The notes under the pieces were generated by a model, which had not been told where the DNA came from, ran no database searches, and was given only the letters and a program-made list of their open reading frames with translations. The position numbers were made by a program, and so were the translations under genes. 64,000 nt of DNA from an uncultured Eubacteriales bacterium (GTDB taxonomy: Bacteria > Bacillota > Clostridia > Christensenellales > CAG-138): contig CADBYI010000009.1 in the NCBI GenBank assembly GCA_902798825.1, positions 4,721-68,720 of the forward strand. Direction: 5' to 3'. Shown here piece after piece: positions 17,179 through 26,095 of the stretch; positions within the stretch are counted from its first letter, which is position 1, and every line of letters starts with the position of its first letter.

Positions 17179-17529
17179 ATGATCCGCAAAGGCAGCGACC
17201 GCATCGTGGAAAAGCCCCAGCGCAAGTTTGGCGCCCCCGGGTTCATCACCGTCCGACAGCTCATCAACGACCCCGCCGAGCTCAACGGCAAGGGCCGGGT
17301 CTTCGCCCACACCACCGTCCTTCCCGGCAACGGCATCGGCTACCACGTGCACGTGGGCGACGCCGAGATCTATTATGTCTACAGCGGCAAGGGCGAATAC
17401 AACGACAACGGCACCATCGTCCCCATCGAGGCCGGGGACGTGACCTTCTGCCCCGCGGGCTCCGGCCACGGGGTCATGTGCGTGGGCGACGAGCCCCTGG
17501 AGCTCATCGCGCTGATCCTGTACGAGTAA
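17179..17529 (+). CDS. Cupin-domain protein
   Basis: ATG 17179 lies 8 nt after AGGAGG. GIGYHVHVGDAEIYYVYSGKGEY...FCPAGSGHGV carries the two cupin His motifs. Confidence 0.8.
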   Translation: MIRKGSDRIVEKPQRKFGAPGFITVRQLINDPAELNGKGRVFAHTTVLPGNGIGYHVHVGDAEIYYVYSGKGEYNDNGTIVPIEAGDVTFCPAGSGHGVMCVGDEPLELIALILYE

Positions 17530-17580
17530 GACTATAGCCACTTTTTCTCTTTAGGAAAAAGCAGAGCAAGAAGATAAAAG

Positions 17581-17622
17581 AAGGGGATCATGGTTTCGTG
17601 CGAAAGCCTGATCCCCTTTTGA
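17581..17622. terminator. Hairpin terminator between convergent cupin and ICL/PEPM-A genes
   Basis: Stem aaggggatca/tgatcccctt is followed by TTTT on the plus strand and a U-rich stretch on the minus strand. A second hairpin gcacctttctt/aagaaaggtgc (17631-17654) is followed by a T-run. Confidence 0.6.
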
Positions 17623-17675
17623 AAGTGGTTGCACCTTTCTTACAAGAAAGGTGCGTGCCTTTTTTATTCCTACCT

Positions 17676-18578
17676 TTAAAAATCTCGTTCCATACCCATG
17701 ATGGTCTTGAGCTGATCATGGGTCAGCAGGCCGTCCATGTCATAGGTATTGGTGAAGACGGTGTTCCGGTTGGGGTAGTCCTTGAGGCCGTACTTGAGCA
17801 TGCCGTAGAGGGCGGACTTTTCGAACACGTGCATGGTGACGAAGTTGTACCCCAGCTTCTTCACGTCCTCCAGTTCCACCGCGGGCTTGCCGTCGATCAA
17901 GGTCACGTCGGGCCACATCTTCCAGCCCTTGTCCACCGCCGCCTGCTTCACGCCGTCCGCCAGGACCCGGGTACCGCCCAGCATGGTCATGGGCGCCCCC
18001 AGCTCCCGGGCCAGCTGGCACCGGAGCAGGGCCTCCTCCTCGCCGTAGGCGCTCTTGGCATGGGTCCGGGCGATGCAGACGCAGTCGGTCCCCTCGCAGG
18101 CCGCCAGGGCCGCCTTGATCCGGGCGAGCCAGGCTTCCCGGGAGATGATGACGGTCTCGGGGTGCTTGCGGGCCGGGTTCTCCTCCTGAGGGTTGGCCAT
18201 ATAGTACTCCATCCGCTCGAAACCCCGGATGCCCGTGGCGTCCTCCAAGGTGAAGCCGGAGGCGCCGGCCCGAATGAGCCGCTTCACGTTTCGATAGATG
18301 ACGGCGGGGCTCTCGGCGTAGCCGTCGTCAAAGTCCGCGATCAGGGGGATGTCCACGGCGTTGGTGATGGCCTCCACCACGGTGATGACCTCGTCCAACG
18401 TGCCGAAGGCCATGTCAGGCTGGCCGTCCATGCTGTAGGCAATGGCGCCGCCGGAGAGCATGAGACACTTATAGCCGCTGTTCTGGGCCGCCCGGGCGCT
18501 CATGCAGTCGTACACACAGGGGGCGAAGATCTGTTCGCCGCTTTCAAAAAGCTCCTTGGCCGTTACTTTCCGTTTCAT
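17676..18578 (-). CDS. ICL/PEP-mutase-superfamily protein, paralogue A
   Basis: 300 aa with FAPCVYDCMSARAA, LMLSGG, IPLIADFDDGYAE (D-x-D metal motif) and FTLEDATG. Confidence 0.8.
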   Translation of the reverse strand: MKRKVTAKELFESGEQIFAPCVYDCMSARAAQNSGYKCLMLSGGAIAYSMDGQPDMAFGTLDEVITVVEAITNAVDIPLIADFDDGYAESPAVIYRNVKRLIRAGASGFTLEDATGIRGFERMEYYMANPQEENPARKHPETVIISREAWLARIKAALAACEGTDCVCIARTHAKSAYGEEEALLRCQLARELGAPMTMLGGTRVLADGVKQAAVDKGWKMWPDVTLIDGKPAVELEDVKKLGYNFVTMHVFEKSALYGMLKYGLKDYPNRNTVFTNTYDMDGLLTHDQLKTIMGMERDF

Positions 18579-18594
18579 GCTGCACCTCCCGCTC

Positions 18595-19518
18595 TTAGTC
18601 CCGCTTGAACTGATAGGCCCGCTGGCCCAGGGCGTCTAAATCCATGAATGCCTTCTCCATGGGCATCCACTTCTTCCAATAGCTGAAGATCACGTGGTAG
18701 TCCACCAGGTTCCCCTTCTCGTCCCGCAGATACCCGTCGAAGTCGTGGAGGTCGGCGTACATGGTGTTGCCGTTTCTGAAGTTCTTGATGCCGAAGTCCA
18801 TGTCGCCGAACCAGGCCGCCTGCTCCATGAAGGTCATGAACACCAGGCCGTAGCCCAGGTCCTTCAGTTCCTTGGCCGTGACCTCGGGCTCCCCGTCCAC
18901 AACGGTCAGATCGTTCCAAAGCTTCTCCCCCGGCACCGCCGCGGCAAAGGCCGCCGCGTCCGCCGGTGTGTGGGCGTAGGCCGCGCCTACGATCTCGGCC
19001 CCCGCCGCCTGGGCCAGCTTGACCCGCTCGATAGCCTCCTGGGCCTCCGGGGCAAAGGAACGGGCCAGGATCATGCAGTCGGTATTCTCCGCCGCCTGCT
19101 TCGCGATGGCCACCTTCCGGGCGAACACCTCCCGGGAAACCAGCGTCAGCTCCGGGGAATCCGAGCCGCAGCCATAGGCCCGATCGTCCAGCAGGATGGC
19201 CGCCGCTCCCGCCTTCACGATGCGCTCCAGATCGTAGGGGAGAATGCGCAGATTGTCGGAAAAGCCGCTGCGCACGTCGATGATGAGGGGGATGGAGCAG
19301 TTGTCCTCCACCACCCGGGACACCATCCAAACCATCTCGGCCACGCCCAGGACCCCCTCGTCGGGGATGCCCCGGACCGCGTGGGCAAGGGCGCGGGCGC
19401 TGAAGCGGGCCAGGGTGCAGCCCAGCTTCTCCGCCGCCCGGGTGGAGATGCCGTCCCAGGTATCCGGCGCAAACTGCTGCCCCTGGGCCAGCACGGAACG
19501 TAAAGTCGCGATGCTCAT
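18595..19518 (-). CDS. ICL/PEP-mutase-superfamily protein, paralogue B (degenerate metal motif)
   Basis: Starts at the internal ATG 19518 (MSIATLRSVLAQGQQFAPDTWDGISTRAA). IPLIIDVRSGFSD replaces D-x-D with D-V-R, and ILLDDRAYG is also present. Confidence 0.7.
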   Translation of the reverse strand: MSIATLRSVLAQGQQFAPDTWDGISTRAAEKLGCTLARFSARALAHAVRGIPDEGVLGVAEMVWMVSRVVEDNCSIPLIIDVRSGFSDNLRILPYDLERIVKAGAAAILLDDRAYGCGSDSPELTLVSREVFARKVAIAKQAAENTDCMILARSFAPEAQEAIERVKLAQAAGAEIVGAAYAHTPADAAAFAAAVPGEKLWNDLTVVDGEPEVTAKELKDLGYGLVFMTFMEQAAWFGDMDFGIKNFRNGNTMYADLHDFDGYLRDEKGNLVDYHVIFSYWKKWMPMEKAFMDLDALGQRAYQFKRD

Positions 19519-19584
19519 GTGTGTATATCCCCCCTGCTTTTTTCTGTCGTGGGATCGAGCTTCGACGCCGGAGATACGGGACGA

Positions 19585-19598
19585 TGCAATCGATACCA
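19585..19598. promoter_or_regulatory. LacI-family-type operator (site 2) upstream of ICL/PEPM pair A/B
   Basis: tgcaatcgatacca matches TGNAANCGNTTNCA at 13/14 positions. It shares TGCAATCGAT with site 1. Confidence 0.45.
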
Positions 19599-19720
19599 AC
19601 CTATACGGGTATGGTATCACGGTGCGACAAAAAAAGCAAGCCCCCTCCTGCCTTTTCGGGCTCCCAGGGGTCCGCCCTGCCCCTTCCGTTTTTTCCCTGT
19701 TCCGGCGTTGTAAAAAAATG

Positions 19721-19749
19721 TTGCAAAATTGTGACTACGGTCTTATAAT
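19721..19749 (+). promoter_or_regulatory. Sigma-A-type promoter of the panE-like/ABC/PEPM operon
   Basis: TTGCAA (19721-19726), 17-nt spacer, TATAAT (19744-19749). Confidence 0.6.
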
Positions 19750-19754
19750 GATGT

Positions 19755-19768
19755 TGCAAGCGATTGCA
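19755..19768. promoter_or_regulatory. LacI-family-type operator (site 3) overlapping the transcription start region
   Basis: tgcaagcgattgca matches TGNAANCGNTTNCA at 14/14 positions with palindromic arms TGCAA/TTGCA. It lies 6 nt downstream of the -10 box. Confidence 0.6.
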
Positions 19769-19813
19769 AACAACCCTTCGTTTCGTTCCACCATGAACTG
19801 TACAGGAGGCCAT

Positions 19814-20734
19814 ATGAAGATTGCGGTATTGGGCGCAGGCGCCATGGGGATGCTCTTTGGGGGGTATCTGTCCCAGAAGAACGAGGTCTATCTCATCGAG
19901 GTCAACGAGGATCGGGTCCGGTTCATCAACGAAAACGGGCTCCAGGTCCGGGAGAAGGACGGGAGCGACGGCCGGTACTACCCCAAGGCCGTGTCGAATA
20001 CCGACGGGATCGGTCCCGTGGATTTGATCATCGTCTTCGTGAAGGCCATGTTCACCGTGGACGCCCTGACCAGCAACCGGGGTCTCATCGGGCCGGACAC
20101 CTATATCATGACGTTGCAGAACGGCGCCGGCCACGAGGCGAAGCTGTTGCAGTTCGCCGACGAAAAGCACGTCATCATCGGCTCCACCCAGCACAACAGC
20201 TCCATCATCGAGAACGGCCACGTGAACCACGGCGGCTCCGGCAAGACCAGCATCGGCCTGCCGGGCGGCGGCAGCCAGGTGCTCCAGCCCATCGCGGACG
20301 CCTTCACCGCCTGCGGATTCGAATGCGTCACCAGCAACGAGGTGAAGAAGCAGATCTGGACGAAGCTGTTCACCAACACCGCCGCCAGCTCCCTGACGGC
20401 CGTGCTCCAGGTGCCCCTTGGGTATATCTACAGCGACCCCGCCGCCCACGAGCTCATGATCAAGCTCTGCAAAGAGGCCGTGGCCGTGGCCAACGCGGAG
20501 GGCTTTGCCCGATTCGACGAGGCCGAGGTCATCGCCGGGGTGGAGACCGTCTGCAAGAACGCCCCCAACGGCTACACCTCCATCTATGCGGACGTCCGGG
20601 ACGGCCGAAGGACCGAGGTGGACACCATCAGTGGGAGCGTGGTGGACGCGGCCCATGCCCTAGGCGTGTCCGTGCCCTGCCATGAAATGATCGTATCCCT
20701 TATTCACGCCCTGGAGCGCCGGCCCCGGGCGTGA
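19814..20734 (+). CDS. 2-dehydropantoate 2-reductase-like (PanE/ApbA family) oxidoreductase
   Basis: ATG 19814 follows AGGAGG. MKIAVLGAGAMGMLFGGYL is a Rossmann fold, and the C-terminal block is EVDTISGSVVDAAHALGVSVPCHEMI. Confidence 0.8.
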   Translation: MKIAVLGAGAMGMLFGGYLSQKNEVYLIEVNEDRVRFINENGLQVREKDGSDGRYYPKAVSNTDGIGPVDLIIVFVKAMFTVDALTSNRGLIGPDTYIMTLQNGAGHEAKLLQFADEKHVIIGSTQHNSSIIENGHVNHGGSGKTSIGLPGGGSQVLQPIADAFTACGFECVTSNEVKKQIWTKLFTNTAASSLTAVLQVPLGYIYSDPAAHELMIKLCKEAVAVANAEGFARFDEAEVIAGVETVCKNAPNGYTSIYADVRDGRRTEVDTISGSVVDAAHALGVSVPCHEMIVSLIHALERRPRA

Positions 20735-20793
20735 TTTTGTTTTGCCCATTCCGTAACCATCCGTGACTATATAATAGAAAAGGAGATTTTGTC

Positions 20794-21534
20794 ATGTCAG
20801 ACTACAACTGGGTCGCAGGATACCCCACCCGTCGCCCCCAAGAGATGCCCCCCAAGGAGTACACCCTGGGGAATCTGCACATCGTGGATTTGACCAAGGT
20901 CCTGGACCCCGCCAGCGAGAGCCGTCGCTGCCGTCTGTGGCGGTTCAACACCGGCGGTTCCATCCCGGATTTCCACACCATCATGGACCTGACCAGTCAT
21001 CTGGGCACCCACTGCGAGTGCCCCTATCACCACAGCGAGGATTGGCCCAGCGTGGCGGAGCTGCCCCTGACCAACTTCATGGGCCGGGGCATCTATGTGA
21101 CTCTGGATCTGCCGGAGAATCATCAGATCACCGGTGAGGACCTGGAAAAGGCCATCGGGGACAGGATGCAGCCCGGGGACACGGTCATTCTCGACAGCCC
21201 CCACAAGCTCCCCCCCTTCACCCCCGCCACCAACGGACCCGACGACCATCGGCTCCTGATCGGCGAAGACTCCGCCCGTTGGCTGGCCGCCCGGGGCGCC
21301 AAGTGCGTGGGCTTCGGCGACGGCGTGTCCATCGAGGATTCCAACGAGAACGTGAGGCCCTTCCACGACATCCTCATGGCCCAGAACTGCCTGTTCCTGG
21401 AGGTGCTGCAGAACCTGGACCTTTTGAAGACCGACACCTTCTTCATCAGCTATGCGCCGCTGCCCATCATCGGCCTGGACTCCTGCCCCGTGCGGGTCTA
21501 CGCCATCGAGGGGTTGGGCGAGTTTTCCAAGTAA
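20794..21534 (+). CDS. Cyclase-family (kynurenine-formamidase-like) metal hydrolase
   Basis: SHLGTHCECPYHH is a variant of the HxGTHxDxPxH motif. Length is 246 aa. Confidence 0.65.
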   Translation: MSDYNWVAGYPTRRPQEMPPKEYTLGNLHIVDLTKVLDPASESRRCRLWRFNTGGSIPDFHTIMDLTSHLGTHCECPYHHSEDWPSVAELPLTNFMGRGIYVTLDLPENHQITGEDLEKAIGDRMQPGDTVILDSPHKLPPFTPATNGPDDHRLLIGEDSARWLAARGAKCVGFGDGVSIEDSNENVRPFHDILMAQNCLFLEVLQNLDLLKTDTFFISYAPLPIIGLDSCPVRVYAIEGLGEFSK

Positions 21535-21605
21535 CGTCAGTATCCAACCGGAGATATCCGGATGAACATTTGGGAATACCCCAAAATACAAAGGAGGAAC
21601 GAAAC

Positions 21606-23171
21606 ATGAAAAAGACCCTATCTCTGCTCATCGCTCTGGTGATGGTCCTCAGCTGCTTCGCCTTTGCGAGCACCGCTTCCGCTGAGGAACGCGTCATGGG
21701 CGGCACCGTCACCGGCGCTATGAACGTGGACGTCAACACCTATGCCAGTTGGCGTATCCGCAGCCAGCAGGAGAAGACTGCTCTGTCCCCTGTGTACGAA
21801 ACGCTGATGCGCTTCGATGCCGAAGGCAACCTGCAGCCCTATCTGGCGGAGTCTCTGACGGCTGACCAGGCCAACCTGACCTACACCGTGAAGCTCCGTG
21901 ACGGCATCACCTTCTCCGACGGCTCCAAGCTGGACGGGGACGCCCTGCTCTGGAACTTCGAGAACTTCAAGGAGAATTCTCAGACCTCCGCGACCCACTT
22001 CGGCAGCGTGGATCACTTTGAGAAAACCGACGATCTGACCGTTGTCATCCACCTCAAGGAGTGGAACACCCAGATTCCCTTCTCCCTGAACTCCGTTGCC
22101 GGCCTCATGTACTCCAAGAAGGCCTTTGACGAGAACGGCTACGACTGGTGCCTCGAGCACGCCGTCGGCACCGGCCCCTATGTGATGACCGAGTACATCT
22201 CCGACGATCACAAGACCTATGAGAAGAACCCCACCTACTGGAATGCGGAAGCTGAACCCGCCACCTTCGACAAGATCACGCTGAAGATCATCGCCGACAC
22301 CATGTCCGCTCAGGCTGCTCTGCTCAGCAAAGAAATCGACTTCTATCTGGGCAGCGACAATCAGATGAAGGACACTCTTCAGTCCATGGGCTACAATCTG
22401 TATCACAACAAGATGTGGTACACCATTTACTTCCTGATCTTCGGCAGCGCCGTGGAAGGCTCCCCCCTGGCTGACGTGAAGGTGCGCCAGGCCATCGCCT
22501 ACGCCATCGACTCCGACGCCATCTCCAAGAACCTGGACTACGGCATGTCCTTCGTGTCCAACCAGTACGCCGTGGAGGGGACCCCCTTCTACAGCAGCGA
22601 AGTCAAGGGCTATGAGTACAACGTGGAAAAGGCCAAGCAGCTCCTGGCGGAAGCCGGTTATCCCGATGGCTTCTCCACCAAGATCTCCGTGGGCGTGGAC
22701 CAGAGACTGGACCGCTACATGGTCGCCCTGCAGGGCTATCTGCAGAAGGTGGGCATCACTGTGGAGCTGGATTATCAGGAGACCGCCATCTGGACCTCCA
22801 AGGGCATCTATGAGACCGACGAAGGCATGATCCTGGCCGGCCATGGCTTCGGCGCCAATCTGGTCAACCAGGCTGTGAACAACTTCTCCAAGCGGGCCAT
22901 CTCCGGCGTGGGCATGCTGAAGAACAGCAAGCTCCATCCGGACGATCTGGATGCCGCCCTGATGGCCGCCCTCAGCGCCGCCGACAACGACATCATGCTG
23001 GAGAACATGCATGAGGCCGAGCGCCTGATCATCGACGAGTACTGCCTTGGCTATCCTGTGGTCATGGGCTACGGCGGCGAGATCATCACCCAGCCCGACA
23101 TCATTGACAGCGGCTTCTTCGCCGACTTCAACGAGATGCATACCTGGACCAACCTGTATCGCGTCAAATAA
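21606..23171 (+). CDS. ABC transporter substrate-binding protein, family 5 (peptide/opine/oligosaccharide type)
   Basis: ATG 21606 follows AAGGAGGAA. The signal peptide is MKKTLSLLIALVMVLSCFAFASTASA. The 521-aa protein resembles DppA/OppA. Confidence 0.85.
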   Translation: MKKTLSLLIALVMVLSCFAFASTASAEERVMGGTVTGAMNVDVNTYASWRIRSQQEKTALSPVYETLMRFDAEGNLQPYLAESLTADQANLTYTVKLRDGITFSDGSKLDGDALLWNFENFKENSQTSATHFGSVDHFEKTDDLTVVIHLKEWNTQIPFSLNSVAGLMYSKKAFDENGYDWCLEHAVGTGPYVMTEYISDDHKTYEKNPTYWNAEAEPATFDKITLKIIADTMSAQAALLSKEIDFYLGSDNQMKDTLQSMGYNLYHNKMWYTIYFLIFGSAVEGSPLADVKVRQAIAYAIDSDAISKNLDYGMSFVSNQYAVEGTPFYSSEVKGYEYNVEKAKQLLAEAGYPDGFSTKISVGVDQRLDRYMVALQGYLQKVGITVELDYQETAIWTSKGIYETDEGMILAGHGFGANLVNQAVNNFSKRAISGVGMLKNSKLHPDDLDAALMAALSAADNDIMLENMHEAERLIIDEYCLGYPVVMGYGGEIITQPDIIDSGFFADFNEMHTWTNLYRVK

Positions 23172-23207
23172 GAATCTCGACATGCGTCACCATCCAATGT
23201 GATTCGC

Positions 23208-23240
23208 GGGGGCTCTCCGAGGATCGGAGAGCCCCCTTTT
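23208..23240 (+). terminator. Intra-operon attenuator/terminator after the binding-protein gene
   Basis: 13-bp stem gggggctctccga/tcggagagccccc, loop gga, followed by TTTT. Confidence 0.65.
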
Positions 23241-23273
23241 CACAAAGGACCTTTGCCCATAAGGAGTTAAGAT

Positions 23274-24236
23274 ATGGGATCTTATTTCAAGTTTATAGCT
23301 AAAAAGCTGCTTCTGGCACTGCTGACGATCTTTGCCATTTCCGTGTTTGCCTTTTTGATCGTCCATCTCATGCCCGGCGACCCGGTCCGCGTCATGCTGG
23401 GCGCGGAAGCGGATGAAGCGGCGGTAGAGGCCATGCGAATCCAGCTCCACATGGACCGACCCCTGGTCACGCAATACCTCATATGGATCGGCAACATTTT
23501 CAAGGGGGAGTTTGGCAAATCGCTGGTTCTCAACCTGAGCATCCGCAGCCTGATCGCGGAGCGCTTGCCGGTGACCCTGTCTCTGACCGTGCCCGCCATG
23601 GTCATCTCCATCGTCTTCGGCATCCTGATCGGCATCGTCTGTGCCACGCATCGCGGCTCCTTCATCGATCAGCTTCTCACCGTTTTGATGACGACGATGA
23701 ACGGCGTGCCTGTGTTCTGGATCGGAATCATGCTGATGTACCTGCTGGGCGTGAACTGGAAGATTTTGCCCCTGATGGGGTATGTGAGCCCCAAAGCAGA
23801 TTTTGCGGACTATGTGAAGCACGCCATATTGCCCGTCTTTATCATGTGCTTCGGCCCCATGTCCTCCATCGCGCGACAGGTGCGCACCAATATGCTGGAC
23901 GTGATCAACCAGGATTATATTCGTACCGCCACCGCCTATGGTCTGCCGGTATCGAAGATTCGATATAAATACGCGCTGAAGAACGTGTTGATCCCCGTCA
24001 TCACCCTGATCGCCCTGCAGATCCGCTCCATCGTGGGCGGCTCCCTGCTGGCGGAGCAGGTGTTTTCCATCGCCGGCATCAGCCGGCTCATCACCATGTC
24101 GGTCATGAACAACGACTTTTTGACCGTACAGGCTTTGGTCCTGGTGATTTCAACGTTCGTGGTCGTGGCCAACCTTCTGCTGGATATTGCCTACGGTTTC
24201 GTTGATCCACGCATCCGTCTGACAGGAGGGAAATGA
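23274..24236 (+). CDS. ABC transporter permease (DppB/OppB type)
   Basis: 320 aa. The N-terminus MGSYFKFIAKKLLLALLTIFAISVFAFLIVHLMPGDP is typical of this family. Confidence 0.9.
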   Translation: MGSYFKFIAKKLLLALLTIFAISVFAFLIVHLMPGDPVRVMLGAEADEAAVEAMRIQLHMDRPLVTQYLIWIGNIFKGEFGKSLVLNLSIRSLIAERLPVTLSLTVPAMVISIVFGILIGIVCATHRGSFIDQLLTVLMTTMNGVPVFWIGIMLMYLLGVNWKILPLMGYVSPKADFADYVKHAILPVFIMCFGPMSSIARQVRTNMLDVINQDYIRTATAYGLPVSKIRYKYALKNVLIPVITLIALQIRSIVGGSLLAEQVFSIAGISRLITMSVMNNDFLTVQALVLVISTFVVVANLLLDIAYGFVDPRIRLTGGK

Positions 24237-25099
24237 CCATGACGAAACGATCTATAAAAGTTCAGAGCTTCCTCAAGACCTTCTTCGGCCGTGGCTTTAT
24301 CGTGTATGCAGCCGCCCTCATCGCGCTGATGTTCATCCTGTTCGCCATCTTCGCCGACGTTTTGAGCAAATATGATCCCAACGAGATCGATCTGATGCAG
24401 TCCCTAGCCCTGCCCAGCTCCGAGCATATCTTTGGCTGTGATCTGCACGGCCGGGACGTGTTCGCCCGCATCCTCTACGGCGCGCGCATCTCCATGCTGA
24501 TCAGCGTGTTCTCCTGTATCGTAGGCGCCATTATCGGCATGCTGCTGGGCCTGGTCGCGGGATACCGGGAGGGATTCATCGGCACGCTCATCATGCGGTA
24601 CGTGGATCTGCAGCTGGCCATTCCGCCCATGCTGTTCACCATCATCATCGGCATGCTGGCGGGGCACAACATGTTTGGCCTGGTATTCGCTTTGAGCTTC
24701 GGCATGCTGCCCGGCTTTATCCGGCTGATGTACGGCCTGGTGCTCAGCCTGAAGCAAAACGACTATATCGTGGCGCTGAAGTTTGCCAGGATACCCACAT
24801 GGAAGATCATTCTGGGCCATCTTCTGCCCAACGCGTTCCCCACGATGCTCGTCACCTTCACCATGAACCTGGGGTCCACCATCATGCTGGAATCCACGCT
24901 GAGCTTCCTTGGCATCGGCATACAGCAGCCCACGGCGTCCTGGGGCAGCATGGTTTCAGACGGCTATTCCTACATCTTCACAAGACCATTCCTGGCCTTC
25001 GTTCCGGGCATCTGCATCCTGCTGCTGGTGCTTTCGTTCAACATCCTGGGCGACAGCCTTCGGGATGCGATCGATCCTCGCCTGAAAGGAAAACTGTGA
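24233..25099 (+). CDS. ABC transporter permease (DppC/OppC type)
   Basis: 288 aa. Its start overlaps the upstream stop (ATGA). The C-terminus is FNILGDSLRDAIDPRLK. Confidence 0.9.
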   Translation: MTMTKRSIKVQSFLKTFFGRGFIVYAAALIALMFILFAIFADVLSKYDPNEIDLMQSLALPSSEHIFGCDLHGRDVFARILYGARISMLISVFSCIVGAIIGMLLGLVAGYREGFIGTLIMRYVDLQLAIPPMLFTIIIGMLAGHNMFGLVFALSFGMLPGFIRLMYGLVLSLKQNDYIVALKFARIPTWKIILGHLLPNAFPTMLVTFTMNLGSTIMLESTLSFLGIGIQQPTASWGSMVSDGYSYIFTRPFLAFVPGICILLLVLSFNILGDSLRDAIDPRLKGKL

Positions 25100-25100
25100 T

Positions 25101-26093
25101 ATGGAAAAAGAGAGATTATTGGAATGCACGGATTTGCACACCTCCTTCTTTATGGAGGGAGATCGCGAGGTCAAAGCAGTCAACGGCGTCTCCTACTACA
25201 TAGATAAGGGGGAGGTCGTCGCCGTGGTGGGCGAAAGCGGCTGCGGCAAGTCCGTGACCCAGATGTCCGTGATGCAGCTCATCAAGGCGCCGGGCAAGGT
25301 GCTGTCCGGAAACGTGACCTTCAACGGCGCGCCGCTGATGCAGGACGGAAAGCACGTGGCGGATATGAACAAGATCCGCGGCAACCAGATCGCCATGATC
25401 TTTCAGGAGCCCATGACCTCCCTGAACCCGGTGTTCACCGTGGGCGAGCAGATCGTGGATATCATCCGTCAACACAAAAAGCTCAGCAAGCGGGAAGCGT
25501 GGAAACTGGGCGAAAGCTCTCTGGCGGCCGTGGGCATTCCCGATGCGCCCGCCCGCATGAAGAACTATCCCTTTGAGATGAGCGGCGGTATGCGGCAGCG
25601 GGTGCTCATCGCCTTTGCCGTCGCGCTGGAATCGGAGCTGATCATCGCGGACGAGCCCACCACCGCCCTGGACGTGACCGTTCAGGCTCAGGTCATGGAG
25701 CTGCTGATGGACATCAAGCGCCGGAACAATTCCAGCATCATCGTCGTCACCCACAACCTGGGCCTGGTGTCCCGGTATGCGGACCGCATTTACGTCATGT
25801 ACGCCGGCCGCATCATCGAGTCGGGCACCAAGGAGCAGATACTCACCGATCCCAAGCACCCCTACACCAAGGGACTGCTGGCGGCAGTCCCCAAGCTGGA
25901 GAACAAGAAGCGGGATGCTCTCGTTCCCATCGACGGAGCGCCGCCCAGCCTGGTGGATCTGCCGGATCGCTGCGCATTCTATCCCAGGTGCACCTTCGCC
26001 GACGCAACCTGCGAGAAGCAGGGCTATCCCTGCCTCCGCCCCGTGGGGAAGAATCATTATGCAGCCTGCCATCTGGCCGCGGAGGAGGAGTGA
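25101..26093 (+). CDS. ABC transporter ATP-binding protein (DppD/OppD type)
   Basis: Walker A GESGCGKS, signature MSGGMRQRV, Walker B LIIADEPT, and an oligopeptide C-terminal domain with Cys residues. Confidence 0.9.
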   Translation: MEKERLLECTDLHTSFFMEGDREVKAVNGVSYYIDKGEVVAVVGESGCGKSVTQMSVMQLIKAPGKVLSGNVTFNGAPLMQDGKHVADMNKIRGNQIAMIFQEPMTSLNPVFTVGEQIVDIIRQHKKLSKREAWKLGESSLAAVGIPDAPARMKNYPFEMSGGMRQRVLIAFAVALESELIIADEPTTALDVTVQAQVMELLMDIKRRNNSSIIVVTHNLGLVSRYADRIYVMYAGRIIESGTKEQILTDPKHPYTKGLLAAVPKLENKKRDALVPIDGAPPSLVDLPDRCAFYPRCTFADATCEKQGYPCLRPVGKNHYAACHLAAEEE

Positions 26094-26095
26094 CC

